DNA of 64,000 bases from Eledone cirrhosa. Lineage: Eukaryota. Positions within the stretch are counted from its first letter, which is position 1. Each line of letters opens with the position of its first letter. The position numbers and the translations under genes were made by a program. Below the pieces are notes generated by a model. It was not told the origin of the DNA. It did not search any database and saw only the letters and a list, made by a program, of their open reading frames with translations. The DNA lies in contig OZ024747.1 in the NCBI GenBank assembly GCA_964016885.1, forward strand, positions 71,114,001 to 71,178,000, in the 5' to 3' direction. Below, piece by piece: positions 1-15,168 of the stretch.

Positions 1-115
1 TGCATTTATTTGCGCCAAGCTAAATTTGATTGTAAAATTGGAGGGTTTGCTGTGTATTCTAATTTCGTGTGTATGAGGGGCCCCCGGCCCCTACAAAGTC
101 TGAATCCAGCCCTGC

Positions 116-126
116 ATACACACACA

Positions 127-212
<86 letters not shown>
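116..212. repeat. (CA)n followed by (TG)n microsatellite (self-complementary)
   Basis: Direct reading. Confidence 0.95.
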
Positions 213-213
<1 letters not shown>

Positions 214-527
214 AAATAATATATACATTACTTAATTACATATATACAACACAACAAAATATATTGAATAAATTTAACAAATGACTGAAACTACCAAAAT
301 GGAATATTTTACTCATTAATGAATTGAGGATAAACACATTATTTGGTACAGCTTAGGTTTTAAAATAATTCGGTGCTATTGCTAAAACTATCACCACCAC
401 CACTTGCTTCATCTCTCTCTCACTCTATCTCTCACCCTCTCTTACACACACACACAGTCTTACTATATTTCCACAGTGTGAAAGACATTTTACTCCACAC
501 AGAAATTTAATGTAAGATTTTTCAGAA

Positions 528-649
<122 letters not shown>

Positions 650-684
650 CAAATTTATACGGGAACAAAACAGAGAGGCAGTGG

Positions 685-779
685 AGTTAATGGTGAAGAC
701 GATTAAAAAAAAAATTATTGTTTTATATATATATATATAAAACAATAAATTTTTTTTTTAATCGTCTTCACCATTAACT
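685..779. repeat. Near-perfect inverted repeat centred on a (TA)n tract
   Basis: agttaatggtgaagacgattaaaa...ttttaatcgtcttcaccattaact; arms ~40 bp. Confidence 0.9.
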
Positions 780-987
780 TTAGGTATTTTTCTTTTTGTT
801 CGCCACTTGCAAATTTCTGCATCATTCAAACACTACTCTCTTTTTCTGTCATTTCCCCCCCCCCCCCCTCTCTCTCTCTCTCCTCCCTCTCACGAATACA
901 ACAGATCCTTTCCGCCAAGTTCTCTATCATTTCACATTCTCTCACACCTTCTGTGACATTATATTTCAGTTTCGAACACAGCAGTTC

Positions 988-1903
<916 letters not shown>

Positions 1904-2139
1904 AGCATGTAGAGACATGCTTCCCCATACAACTACCTATATTTTGTTTCAGTTTATTCCCTGGATTTTTCTTTTCTTCTGTTTTTCTCTAATTTGAACT
2001 CTTTCTCTCTGTATATGTCACAGAAGCAGTCTTCTAATACATCAAAACCATTTCACGCCGCCGCGCACACCTATCAACGTACACTTTCTTGCATACATAC
2101 ATTTATATGAGCGACAGTATGTTCGACCGGATGATTGTG

Positions 2140-3175
<1,036 letters not shown>

Positions 3176-3664
3176 GCAGGATATCCGTAGTAAAAGGCCA
3201 AGAAAAACAATGCTCAATCTATATCAAGAGAGCTAATTTAGTATATTTTATACATTTAACACATATGTGCGACCTTAGATTTCGAGGTCCAGTTATGGCC
3301 ACGACTGTATAGGGAAGGGGCCGTTTCCCAACTGGCCTCACATATATATTCGAAAGTAAGTTTTTTTAATATATCCAACACGGGTCAAAATAAGCGAAAA
3401 AGAAGTTGAAAATGCAATTTGAGTATTCAAGAATCTTTCTCTACATTAATTTATACCCTTACCGGTTTCAAGAGTTTCATGAATTTCAAAAGTTAAGAGA
3501 TTTGGAGAGGTGCGTGGCTATGTCGACTTGTAATTCGCATCTAACTAATGTTAGAAACTTCTTTCAGTTTTATGCAAAAAATGAGATTCAGAAATACAAT
3601 TTGATAGATTGAAGAAGATCACGTGATTTGATCTGTCGCAAGCTGTAGTTTTAACATCCCACCC

Positions 3665-3738
<74 letters not shown>

Positions 3739-3849
3739 GTGTGTGTCTATATACGTTTGCGCGTATGTGTGCGTGTGTGTGTGTGTGCGTGTGTGTGTAT
3801 TTAGGAAGCAGCTAAAATGCACTTAAAGTCGGATAAGAGAAGTAATGAT

Positions 3850-4530
3850 GAACGAAAAGAGGTATAAAAAATGATATTCACTATTCCCTATATATTTCGA
3901 AAAATATCCATTCTCAGGTGTGTTATATGGATGTCACGAAGACTCTTTGCTTTTCCAGAAGGTGTTTATTATACGAAGCTGATGTGGAAGATATCGCACG
4001 CACTTCATTAGCTGCTGGCAAACAAATGCTTGCGAGTTACTACCTTCCCATTAAGCATACATCGTCGCCAGAAGCCTTTACAATGCTATTCGCAAGGAGC
4101 ATTTTCTTGACTGTCATATGAAAAGCACACCAAAACCCTAATGTATCTACACCTTAAACGATAATTAATATTGTTGAAATATTACACTAAAAACCTCAAT
4201 CCATTGCAAACACAACAGAACTGATATAACTCTATAGAATAGGGAAAATTCATACACTGTTATAGATATCAGCTGCCCAGCTGATGTAAACGTCTCGTTG
4301 AATAAAGGGCAGATCGATAGTGAACTAATGAGGAACTTACAGCGGGTTATAGACTCCCATGTGTACTTATTTTAAGTGCAGTGAACTACTTAACAATAGA
4401 TATGTACAAAAGCATCGAAAAGATTGGGGTTTCCAAGAAAGAACAAAAGCAACTGAGCTGAACCCTCTAAATATAATCGATTCATGGCACAGTGAGATCT
4501 TTAAATATTTTTCATTTTAGTTTCTTCGAA
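3850..4530 (+). mobile_element. Decayed 3' end of a REL-endonuclease non-LTR retrotransposon (R4/Dong-like, R2 superfamily)
   Basis: Broken frames give CLLYEADVEDI..YYLPIKH..VARSLYNAIRK (CCHC-knuckle region) and HCKHNRTDI..TVIDISCPADVNV..ELMRNLQR (PD-(D/E)xK-type region). Confidence 0.7.
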
Positions 4531-4653
4531 TGAATATATGCATATAGTCACATATGTGTGTATAGCATATGCACGAAATATATGTATAAGGAGTAATTAA
4601 TTAAACACACAGTCATGCAATAATGAAATATATGCACCCATTACGTAAATGCA

Positions 4654-4834
4654 TACCGTATTTCCCGGCGCCGAAGTCGCTTTGTCCTCGAGAACACACC
4701 CTAATTTTGACAACCAAAAATTAGAAGAAAAAAATAATAATGAAAAATGCTACCTTCGTTCTCCAGGATGCATGGTAGATTTTTTAGACTTATTTTTAAA
4801 AAAAAATAGCTCTTCGACGCAAGGAAATACGGTA
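4654..4834. mobile_element. Tc1/mariner-superfamily MITE
   Basis: TIRs TA-CCGTATTTCC...GGAAATACGG-TA with flanking TA. Confidence 0.75.
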
Positions 4835-5077
4835 TATATCCATATATTAACACATTAACATTCACAAATCCCTAAAGGCATCATGTCTTTAAAAAGACAG
4901 TGTTGTTATCGGTTCCATTTCCACGACGAACTTAAATATATCTCAAAGATAATCAACACACATAAGCACACATACATACATAAATTCATGCACACATACA
5001 TACATGCACTCACATACAGAAACATACATAAATGCATACATACACATATACAAGCACACATACATGCATACATACAT

Positions 5078-5303
5078 GATGGCTGCCAACTTATCTAAGA
5101 GTATTGCAATCGCTTGTCAGATTATAGAGTTTGGTGCACTTTTAGGCTACGGCCAGCTACACGAAGCCGCAGGGTTTTTTTTTCAGAGTTTCCCTCTCCT
5201 AGAAAGGTGTTGTGACAACAACTGGTGGACTTTCACTCCCAGGTGAGAGAAAAATAGTATTATTTGGATGGCCATTGACATTACTGAGTTCCTCTGCCCT
5301 TTG
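5078..5303 (-). mobile_element. Diverged relative of the (TACA)n-associated RTE-related retroposon
   Basis: Shares ggctgccaact, cagagtttcc.tctcctagaa and ttggatggccattgac with 49783-50390. Confidence 0.55.
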
Positions 5304-5321
5304 CATACATACATACATACA

Positions 5322-5726
5322 TGGTGGCTGCCAACTCGTTTTCGAGTACGGCCACTACTTTATATCCATTTTGGAGAACCCCTACCGATGCCCTGAACAA
5401 GTGTGACTTTTTAGTCCAGCCAGCGACTTGAAAACTTTGGTACAAACACTACACTTGTGACAATTACTGACACATAGTGCTGGGGCCATGGTACCATGTG
5501 ACGACAAGTGCAGAGAGATCTCCAGATATAAAGCAATGCCTGTGCCGTGAAGCTTTTATAGTGAGCAAAGGCACTGCACAAAGCCAGTCCCACTCTCTTA
5601 ACCAAGATGATATTTACCAAAAAGAAGAACAAGTCAACATCATTGGATACCATCAGGGTTGCAGGTGTTATATCAGAGTTTTCCTTCTCCTAGAATTCTG
5701 CCTTGACAAAGGCTAAGGGGTCATCC
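5322..5726 (-). mobile_element. Non-autonomous RTE-related retroposon, 5'-truncated, (TATG)n tail
   Basis: Highly similar to 49783-50187 and 30047-30411; same end gttggcagccacca-tgtatg. Confidence 0.75.
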
Positions 5727-5766
5727 TACATACATGCATGCATCCATACATACATACATACATACA

Positions 5767-5827
<61 letters not shown>

Positions 5828-5829
5828 CA

Positions 5830-5860
<31 letters not shown>

Positions 5861-6726
5861 TACATACATACATATTACATACATATTACATACATACTCA
5901 CATACATAACAATCTTGTTGATGTCTAACAGGACTCTTTCTCTAATGGGAAAATTTGAGAAGGAAAACCAGAAGAACATAGGTATTTTTTAAGGCATGAG
6001 AAGGTAACAGCCTGAAACCAACACACAGACAAGTTTCTGTTGTCTAAACAATGAAACGTTGCACACACGCACTTGCTGACTGACTACAGAAGATAAATAA
6101 CACATGATCACACAGTGAGTGGCATATACATACCGCAATATACAATCACAGAAGACAAATAGCACATGATCACACAGTGAGTGACATATACACACAAACA
6201 GGACAAATGACACATGATGTCAGTGAGTGGCGCATACATACACTACATACACATACATATGTACACACACGTTACTGTGGCGTACATATTTAAACGCAGA
6301 TACAGAGATACCCACAAAGACACACGAACACACAGATATGCATACACATGTACACACAAATATACACAAACACACACACACATACATCCAGAAACTACAC
6401 ACAAACACACGCACATATATACTCACACACACACATTTATGTCTTTGTGTATGCGTATGCAGTAGCTCATAAAAATGATATTTATGTGTACGAGTGTAGG
6501 TGAGTCGTTGCTGTTGTCATTTAGACTCAGGTCAACTGCGATTTTAAAAACCTGTGCTCGAAAACGCTCCAACAATGACCACCCAGTTGTATTTTTTTCA
6601 ATCATAGAGTATTTACTATTACATTATCCTTTGTTACATAATACAGTGATAAATACTTGCATATATTCTCCTCCGTGACTCGCACATACGTCTACTGCCA
6701 TATCTATCAGTTAATCTCTCTCTCTT

Positions 6727-6820
<94 letters not shown>

Positions 6821-7059
6821 TCTCTCTTTATCTCCCTCTTTCTTACAGTACTTTGCCCACCGTTCGCCAGTAACTACACACGGACACAGACGCACACACA
6901 CACACAAACTCAAGTAGACTCAAACGAAATCACTCGCATGTATATATATATATATAAAGAGACAGAGAGAGAAAGAGAGAGAGAGTGAGAGAGAGAGAGG
7001 GAAATAGAGAGAGGAAAGAGAGAGTTATAGATAAATGGAAAGATAGATAGATAGGTTGA

Positions 7060-7099
<40 letters not shown>

Positions 7100-7104
7100 T
7101 TTTA

Positions 7105-7412
7105 TTATAGAAATGATTTCTGCAGCACTAGAACTGTTTCATTCATAAGACATCACCAGGAAAGTCAGATTTTATCGAGGCATCTATGTCCAGTTTGGGG
7201 ATCATTTGCGGTGGTACTAAAGCGCCCTGTCGGGGGCTGAACGATGTGTAGAATCCTGATGTAAATCGGGATGAGACCACTGTTAAAAAAGGTACTCAAT
7301 ACTTTGTTAGATATATTAGGTATATTCACAGAAATACGTCGACGAAATTTGACTTTCCTAATGATTTCTCAGAAAGGAAACAGTTGAAGTCCTGTAGAAG
7401 TCATAGGTATAT
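7105..7412. mobile_element. Small repeat with two opposed degenerate hammerhead-like motifs
   Basis: Homologous to 39010-39115 and 46150-46345; minus ctggtga..gaaac near 7135-7158, plus ctaatga..gaaac..gtc near 7358-7391. Confidence 0.55.
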
Positions 7413-7477
7413 TAAAATGAAAATATACTTATACTCTACTAACGTAGTGAGTACCTTTTTCTACAGTGGCCGCCTCA

Positions 7478-7621
7478 CAATTTACAACTTTTGTATTATT
7501 GATATATATAATCGCCTCACAACTTTTGTATTATTGATATATATAATCGCCTCACAACTTTTGTATTATTGATATATATAATCGCCTCACAACTTTTGTA
7601 TTATTGATATATATAATCGCC
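7478..7621. repeat. 35-bp minisatellite, ~4 copies
   Basis: cgcctcacaacttttgtattattgatatatataat; unit starts at 7513, 7548, 7583. Confidence 0.95.
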
Positions 7622-7886
7622 GATAATATTAAGGGGTACTTAAAATAAAAATTAAATTAGATATTGAAAATGTTCTGTTTTTTTCTAGTCAGACGTTCAT
7701 GGAAGTGTATGAAGTTAGGAAACCTTTATCAACGAACCTTCAAAGAGAGTCGTATGAGCAGTTTACATGTTAGCATAGGCTCAGTATTAGCTGTGTGTAT
7801 ATATGAATACCATAAACCTTATTTCGCCATCATTAATGTTAATCGCATTGCACAGAAAAGTATTTTCGAGTTACACGCAACATATA

Positions 7887-7951
<65 letters not shown>

Positions 7952-7955
7952 CTAT

Positions 7956-7987
<32 letters not shown>

Positions 7988-8090
7988 CTATCTACATTTT
8001 ACACGTTTTTATTGTATGTAAACTTCCCCCTTTGTATTTGTCCCCTTCTTTTGTGCCCCTGTGGCTAATAAAGAAATATATCTATCTATC

Positions 8091-8179
<89 letters not shown>

Positions 8180-8516
8180 AATCTCGAGGTCCTGTGTTTG
8201 AGAGCACTGAATGTCATCTTGGGCAATAGTCTTTACTATTGCATGAGGCGAGTCAAGCCTTTTCAGGAAAATTGGATTGAAGGAAATTGTGTGGAAACCT
8301 ATCGGATGGACTGCAGCAGTATTTCAAAAGTTCCGCTAATTCTGCCAGTGAATTAACCTAATTGTACACGTGCCTATGGAATACTCAACTACTTACACCA
8401 TATGAATAAAACGTTAAGTTGACCAACTGAAGTCTCATTGTCGAAACCAACGGAGGTTTCATATTATGACACATGAAACATACACCAACGAAGACTTTAC
8501 ATTATTACACACGAAA

Positions 8517-8585
<69 letters not shown>

Positions 8586-8629
8586 GCTTAAACAAACGCA
8601 CTCCTCATATATATATATATAAACAAAGA

Positions 8630-8784
8630 GGGTGTGGTAAGATACCAGGTGGACCATAACGCACTAGAGTACTTAATACTTAGAGTAGTAGAGTGGGTAA
8701 TATGAAAAGAGTCAGGACCCCGATGGCTTTCGGATCTAGCTGTCGCAACGGCCGGAGCTCAGCCGTCGGGGTCCTGACTCTTTT

Positions 8785-8788
<4 letters not shown>
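8630..8788. mobile_element. (TA)n-flanked short repeat with internal inversion (also 24200-24335, 40358-40475, 43405-43521)
   Basis: gtggtaagataccaggtggaccataacgc shared by four copies; gaaaagagtcaggaccccga/tcggggtcctgactcttttc inverted arms. Confidence 0.75.
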
Positions 8789-8841
<53 letters not shown>

Positions 8842-9033
8842 TTCAAGAGTAACCAATTTTAAAGAGAGAGATGGAGATTATATGGAGTAGCGAAACACTT
8901 GTAAGCGGACATTATTAGTATTATTGTTATTATTCTTTACATTCCTTACATTAAACTAAAAATATGTTGACAATCTTTTAATAATGTCTTCCTTGTGAAA
9001 TTTGTGGTCTTGTTTTGCTTAACTAATGAATAC

Positions 9034-9157
<124 letters not shown>

Positions 9158-9159
9158 TT

Positions 9160-9525
9160 ATTAAAACAACAGATTAAAGTTTAAGCAAAGAATCGCTGCT
9201 TTCACCCTTAACGGGATCTTCTGAAACTAACAAAGTCAATCTGTAAACGCAGAAGTGGATATTTCAAAAAACGTTGCAACCGGAGGAAGACAGGAAGACG
9301 ATACTTTGGTTCGTGGAAACGTTCGCTGGCAAAGAACGGGAAAAGACGAATATAATACGTCATTAATAGGAGCGGTGAAAAACAATTACGCGCAAAGACA
9401 GAACCACGTTTATGGTATAAAAGAGGTCGTAGACTAATGTTCTCTTAGGTGGTTCATAGAGACGTTCTCTGGCAATGAACGAAAACAACGAAGATAATAA
9501 GTCATATGTGGAGCGTGGAGAACAA
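9160..9525 (-). mobile_element. (TA)n-flanked short repeat family (also 28308-28448, 34240-34378, 42608-42672, 51992-52038)
   Basis: Shared cagaagatcccgttaagggtgaaagc..ttaaactttaatctgtt. Confidence 0.75.
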
Positions 9526-9626
9526 TAGCATTATTATTATTATTACTATAAGTACCAGTAATACACTGGGATAATTGCTGGCCTTGTGCCAAAAGTAGAA
9601 ACAATTATTATTATTACTATATATAT

Positions 9627-10110
9627 CTAAGGCGGGTAAAATTCCCGAGATCCATGGACGAGTTCTCTCCAGCGGTCTCTGTCCCTCATTATCGCTGCCA
9701 TGTCCTGCGTCTCCAACAGACCAGTGTCTGTCCTTAGGGCATCAACATACGTTAACCTTGGTCTTCCGCTTCTAGTGTGTCCATGTAGGGGCTCCCAAAG
9801 GAGCACTGAGTGCAATGTCAACTCTGGATGTCGGTGAGCATGTCCAGCTAACCTCAGTCTCCTCTGTGTCACTTTTGAGCTGACTTTTGGGAGGCTCCCA
9901 TACAGCTCAGAGTTTTTCATCCTCAGTGTATACTGATTAATGTTCAGAGCCATCCTCAACATTCTCGTGTAGCACCCATCCACCATCTGAGTGAGTTTCT
10001 TGGTCAGTGTCCAAGTCTCAGACCCGTACAGCAGTACAGACTCCACTACAGCAATGAAGAGGCGGATTTTCAGGTCTTTACGAAGGTCCGACTTCCACAC
10101 CGATCTCTTT
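9627..10110 (-). mobile_element. RTE-clade LINE, C-terminal ORF segment and 3' end
   Basis: VWKSDL..LKIRLF..VESVLLYGSETW..RRLRLAGH..GRPRLTYVD..DRDRWRELV. Confidence 0.9.
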
Positions 10111-10118
10111 TTATATTC

Positions 10119-10465
10119 GTAGTGGACTATTGTATGCGCCTTGCACTGGAGAAACACCAGGACTCTGGCTTTACTGTAGCACCGGCTCAGAGCAGGAGAG
10201 TTAGGGCGAAAAAGGTATCGGATGCTGAATTTGCCGACGACATAGTTTTGGTGACAATTACAGTGAAGGAGGCAGAGGATTTGATGCGGGAGGTTGAGAC
10301 TGTGTCGATGAGTGTGGGGCTGAGAATGAATGAGACTAAAACAAAATATCTGGTAGAGAATGTTGAGAAGCCAGAGGGATCACTAATATAGGCGGGAAGC
10401 CGCTAGAATTGGTTGAGGACTTCCTGTATTTGGGAGCAAAGATTGGGAATACGGTTGAGAGGCGT
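10119..10465 (+). mobile_element. Inverted reverse-transcriptase segment of the same RTE LINE
   Basis: EFADDIVL..GLRMNETKTKY..VEDFLYLG on the opposite strand, abutting the 3' segment. Confidence 0.85.
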
Positions 10466-10470
10466 GCCAC

Positions 10471-10502
<32 letters not shown>

Positions 10503-10524
10503 CATATATATATATATGTATTAT

Positions 10525-10564
<40 letters not shown>

Positions 10565-11304
10565 CATATTTTATATATATATATAAGCAGAAAATTGTAA
10601 TGGAAAATCAAAGCACACTTATCAACATTGTTTATTCTTTACATAATGTTTCATAGATGAATAATCCCAGGTGCATAGGGCACCTAACATAATATATCGT
10701 CCTATACGCTCCTACGAGTTTGTGATATAATACTTCTAGCTTTGATATGTATATATATATATTTACATATATATATATATATATATATATATAAATGTAT
10801 ATATATATATATATGTATAAATGTATATATATATATATGTATAAATGTATATATATATATATATATATAAATGTATATATATATATATATATATATACAT
10901 ATATGTATATATGTATATATGTATATATATATATATACACACACATATATATATATGGGTAGTGTTTGCGTGCGTGTACACGTGTGTTTGTATAGGTATA
11001 TACTTATATCGGAGTTGTACTTAGCCAGCAAGTGACTTGATCTGAGAGCGTGTGTTGAAACTAAACCAATTACAGCGTGGAAGTGTCATTGTAGCTATTC
11101 AAAATCACACAATAACTGTTAACTTCAATTTACATTTATCGTTTGTATATTTATTTTCCTTTTTCCTTCTTTTTTTTCTATCTTTCTTATACACAAATAC
11201 ACATGCACACGCCTGTAGACACACACACGCATACACACACATATATATTTACATACATACATATATATATGTATATATATATGTGTGCGTGTGTGTGTGT
11301 GTGT

Positions 11305-11343
<39 letters not shown>

Positions 11344-12523
11344 AATTATGAAAATGGTAAACAGAAATAACAACACAATCGGTACAGTATAAGGAAGGAA
11401 TATATTAGATTAACGAACGTTTGTAATAGCAGGAGTAGGGTTTCAACGTCGTTTCGGACGTTAGTCCTTCATCAACAGAAAGAATGAGAAATTAGATTGT
11501 AGGGACGGGCGGGGTGAAATTGGAAAAATGTTTTTAGTCATAAAAATAACAGGTCCATTTATGTTGCCATCTCTTGGAAAAACAGTTGATGCCTGGCGTT
11601 TTGTGGTATGATATATTTTTTAGAAAAGTGGGTGATGGAGCGCTGAAATATATACATATATATATGTGTGTGTGTTATAAGATGTTGACTAATCAATCAC
11701 TACACGATGATACACTTATGTTCAAGCACTCGACGTCATGTGTATCCATCCAAATCCCATTTGAGAATCCATGGCAGGGGATAGTACAACAATAATAACT
11801 GCGAAGGCCAGATGTAGCTAATCCTAACGCATTGTATTCAAAATCTGCCGTAATACATATTTCTGTGGTATAAATAATTACGCATTGCTGCCAATCACGC
11901 AACACACCAAAACAGAGAGCATCTTAAGTAATAAGGTTTTTTATTTAATAGTTATACAAGCTATTGACAATTATCGCGCGCACATACACACATACACATA
12001 TGTATATATGTGTGTGTGTAAGAGAAGAAGACCCCCTCCAGCTTCGGTCAGGAATGACCATAGGATTTACACCTAGAAAGTTCCCCCCTCCGAGGCACAA
12101 GCCGGGCAACACTGTTTATGGATGGCAAGCAGACGCCCATCCATACTCACTCACTCTACTGCTACTCACCATCTCTTTCACTTCCTCCATCGTCCCACAT
12201 CGTACGAGATTCTTTTCTCGCTCACATCCGCACGGCCAAGATGTGTCTCTGGCCTTCTCGTCAATATTCGCAAGTTCTTATGTTCAAAATAAATTATTTA
12301 CTTGATCTTTCTCATTTTTTCTCTCTTTACGTTGCCTCACCATTCGTGTTTGTTTACCTGTCTCTCTTTCTCCACCCATCTCTTTTTAGTCCCAATAACT
12401 TAATTTAGTTATTTGTATCGCCCTAGCTTGAGGTATATGGTCTGTAAATGCGAAGAAATACCTATGATGGCTAGTAGACCACTGATAACGGATATTCCTG
12501 GCTTCTATTTTTAATTCTTCATT

Positions 12524-12569
<46 letters not shown>

Positions 12570-12575
<6 letters not shown>

Positions 12576-12700
12576 AAAAATGGAACGGGAACAAAACAGA
12601 GCGGCAGTACGAACAAAGGTTTATTAGTTTCACGCTCTTGAAAGTGGGGGGGGGGGGGGTTCGGGCATAAGCCTTTCTTCAGGCGAAAAGTATGTGGGAA
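12570..12700 (-). mobile_element. (TA)n-flanked repeat with partial hammerhead-like core (also 16953-17058 +, ~658-684)
   Basis: ctgaaga-aaggcttatgccc-gaa here; tatgcccgaaacgtcgtc in the 16953 copy. Confidence 0.5.
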
Positions 12701-13524
12701 GAGAGTTCCGAGGGTGTGTAGGGGAGTGGAGGAGAGACATTTAGAAAAAAAGGGGGGGAGGAAAAACGGTGGAGGGGTACAAATAAAATAAATATATAAA
12801 AAAATAAAAATTAAAATAAACATGAAGATAAACAAGTGGTGAAAGAGTGTGGCGCATGTAGGGGTGGTAGCGGGTGGAGTGGGGAGAGGGAGGCGGGGTG
12901 TCCGAGCGGGGAGGGCTGAAGTTGGTGTATGTGTGTAGGTGTACGTGTGTATGTGTGTGTGTGTGGGTATGTGAATGTGAGAGTTGGATAGTCTGTTAGT
13001 GAGTAATGTTTGCTAATTACTGAAGGTGTCACTCACTGCTATTACTTTAGCCTTTTTTATTCCAGATAAATATCTATCCTTCGCACAGCATCAGTATGTT
13101 AATCTATTCAGCAGGGTTTTTACATTCATTAAGAAAGAATTAAGTTTCAATTTGACATATTTTCATTCTTATATATATTATTTGAAGTGTAAGCATAGAA
13201 TCTCTGCTGTAATTCCTTCGAAGGATCTTCGGAAAATGAGATATTCTAAAACCTGTGGACGCGTGTATAAACATTTCATAATATTACAGGCAAATACCAT
13301 ATTCAAAATTCAGAAAGACAACAAGTGCATGATAGAACAAGAAGTAGAACTGCAGATAGTCATATAGCGAGATAGATAAAATGAATTTTAAGTCATTTGA
13401 CGAGGTGATGTGAAGAAGTACGCATGTATAAATAGGCTAACATCGTTTACAGCTTATCAAGGAAAACGAATACTGGAATATATTAACAATTGCAACAACA
13501 TATAAAATAATAATAACAATAATA

Positions 13525-13885
13525 ATAATTGTTTCTACTTTAGGCACAAGGCCAGCAATTACCCAGTGCATTACTGGTACTTTATTTTATCGACCCCGTA
13601 AGGATGAAAGGCAAAGTAAACCTCGGCGGGATAATAATAATGATTTCTACAAGAGGCCCAAGAAGAACAATTTGGGGAGAGGGGAAAGTCGATTAAATCG
13701 ACCCCAATAATAGTAATGATAATAGTAGTAATAATAATACTAATATTATTGATAATATTAATGCAAATACCATTACTACGAATAATGCTTTCTGATTTAG
13801 GCACAAGTCCAACAAATTTGGGGAGGGGAACATCGATTAAATCGACGCCAGTGTGTGACTGGTACTTTATTTTATCGACACTCGA
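13525..13885 (-). mobile_element. Cluster of truncated family-A SINEs
   Basis: Reverse complement of gcctttcatcc..gtcgataaaataaagtaccag and the ttgtgcctaaagtagaaacaa tail. Confidence 0.8.
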
Positions 13886-14116
13886 AATGATATAATAATA
13901 GTTATGATAAAACTGATTAAAAACAAAAGTTGTCGATGAAAGAAGACACTTCTCGTAATACGGTAAAATATGGTTCAGGAAGCTCTGTGTATGTGTGTGC
14001 GTGCTTCTATGTGAGTGTGCGTGTGTGTGTGCGCCCGCGCGTGTGTTTGTGAGTGCGTCTTTGTATGAGTGTGTTGGAGTGCGTCTGTAAGTGTATCAGT
14101 TTCAGTGTTTAGGTTT

Positions 14117-14308
14117 GGTCGGTGGATTGGCAGTATCAGTGGAGGGTTGGACGCCATGCTTTTCAGCATAGAGTTACGTCCTTTTACAGCCTGAGTTCAA
14201 ATCCCGCCGAGGTTAACTTTGCCTTTCATCCTTACGGGGTCGATAAAATAAAGTACCAGTAATGCACTGGGTAATTGCTGGCCATGTACCAAAAGTAGAA
14301 ACAATATT
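14117..14308 (+). mobile_element. tRNA-derived SINE family A, full length
   Basis: A-box-like TGGCAGTATCAG, B-box GAGTTCAAATCC, conserved body gcctttcatccttacggggtcgataaa (resembles the Meta-type SINE domain, from memory), AT tail. Confidence 0.9.
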
Positions 14309-14941
14309 ACATAACTTAGCAATTCGACTAGGATCGATATGATCAATATAAATACTTGAAATCGGTGTCCTAGCATATCAGTAATCTAATGATGGAACCA
14401 GCAAAAGCATTCTATAATATATATAGATGTATATATATAGATGTATATATATATATAGATGTATATATATAGATGTATATATATATATATAGATGTATAT
14501 ATATAGATGTATATATACACACACGTGAAATCATTCAAACTACAGAGCATACAAACATGCATATTATATATATGTAAAGTCTAGACAAGTTATGCTTAGA
14601 CTTACAGTTGAACCTATCTACAATTATACATACTAACATTCACAAAGACTTACAGAAACTTCAACACACGCACACACACTCTCACATACACACATACATA
14701 CGCACGCGCACATGTACGCACACAAAGCGTTCTTTCAAACACTAGCGATGGCGGTAGGTTAATGTGGTCATTCATGCACAGACACTCATTCGAACAGTTA
14801 TACGCACTTAAAGGCATTCAAATATACATGCACACACTTACACACACTTACACACTAAAATACTTACCACATTTATTTCAATAGAATATCAAACGATTCT
14901 AAATTGAAATTGTTATGTAAATGTGAATCACTGTCGCCATG

Positions 14942-15041
<100 letters not shown>

Positions 15042-15088
15042 AGTGCCGTAATAAGAGTGAGAAATGAAATTTCGTTTCATTCTATTCC

Positions 15089-15168
<80 letters not shown>

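Noticed and set aside
76-114. hAT-like terminus (CAGGGCTGGATT on minus); also single TIR-like ends near 52414 and 54912
   Set aside because: No partner end or TSD is visible in the window.
14868-14898. Minus-strand micro-exon (ag..gtaagt); similar at 43565-43590
   Set aside because: Such splice-like pairs arise by chance in 64 kb; needs RNA-seq.
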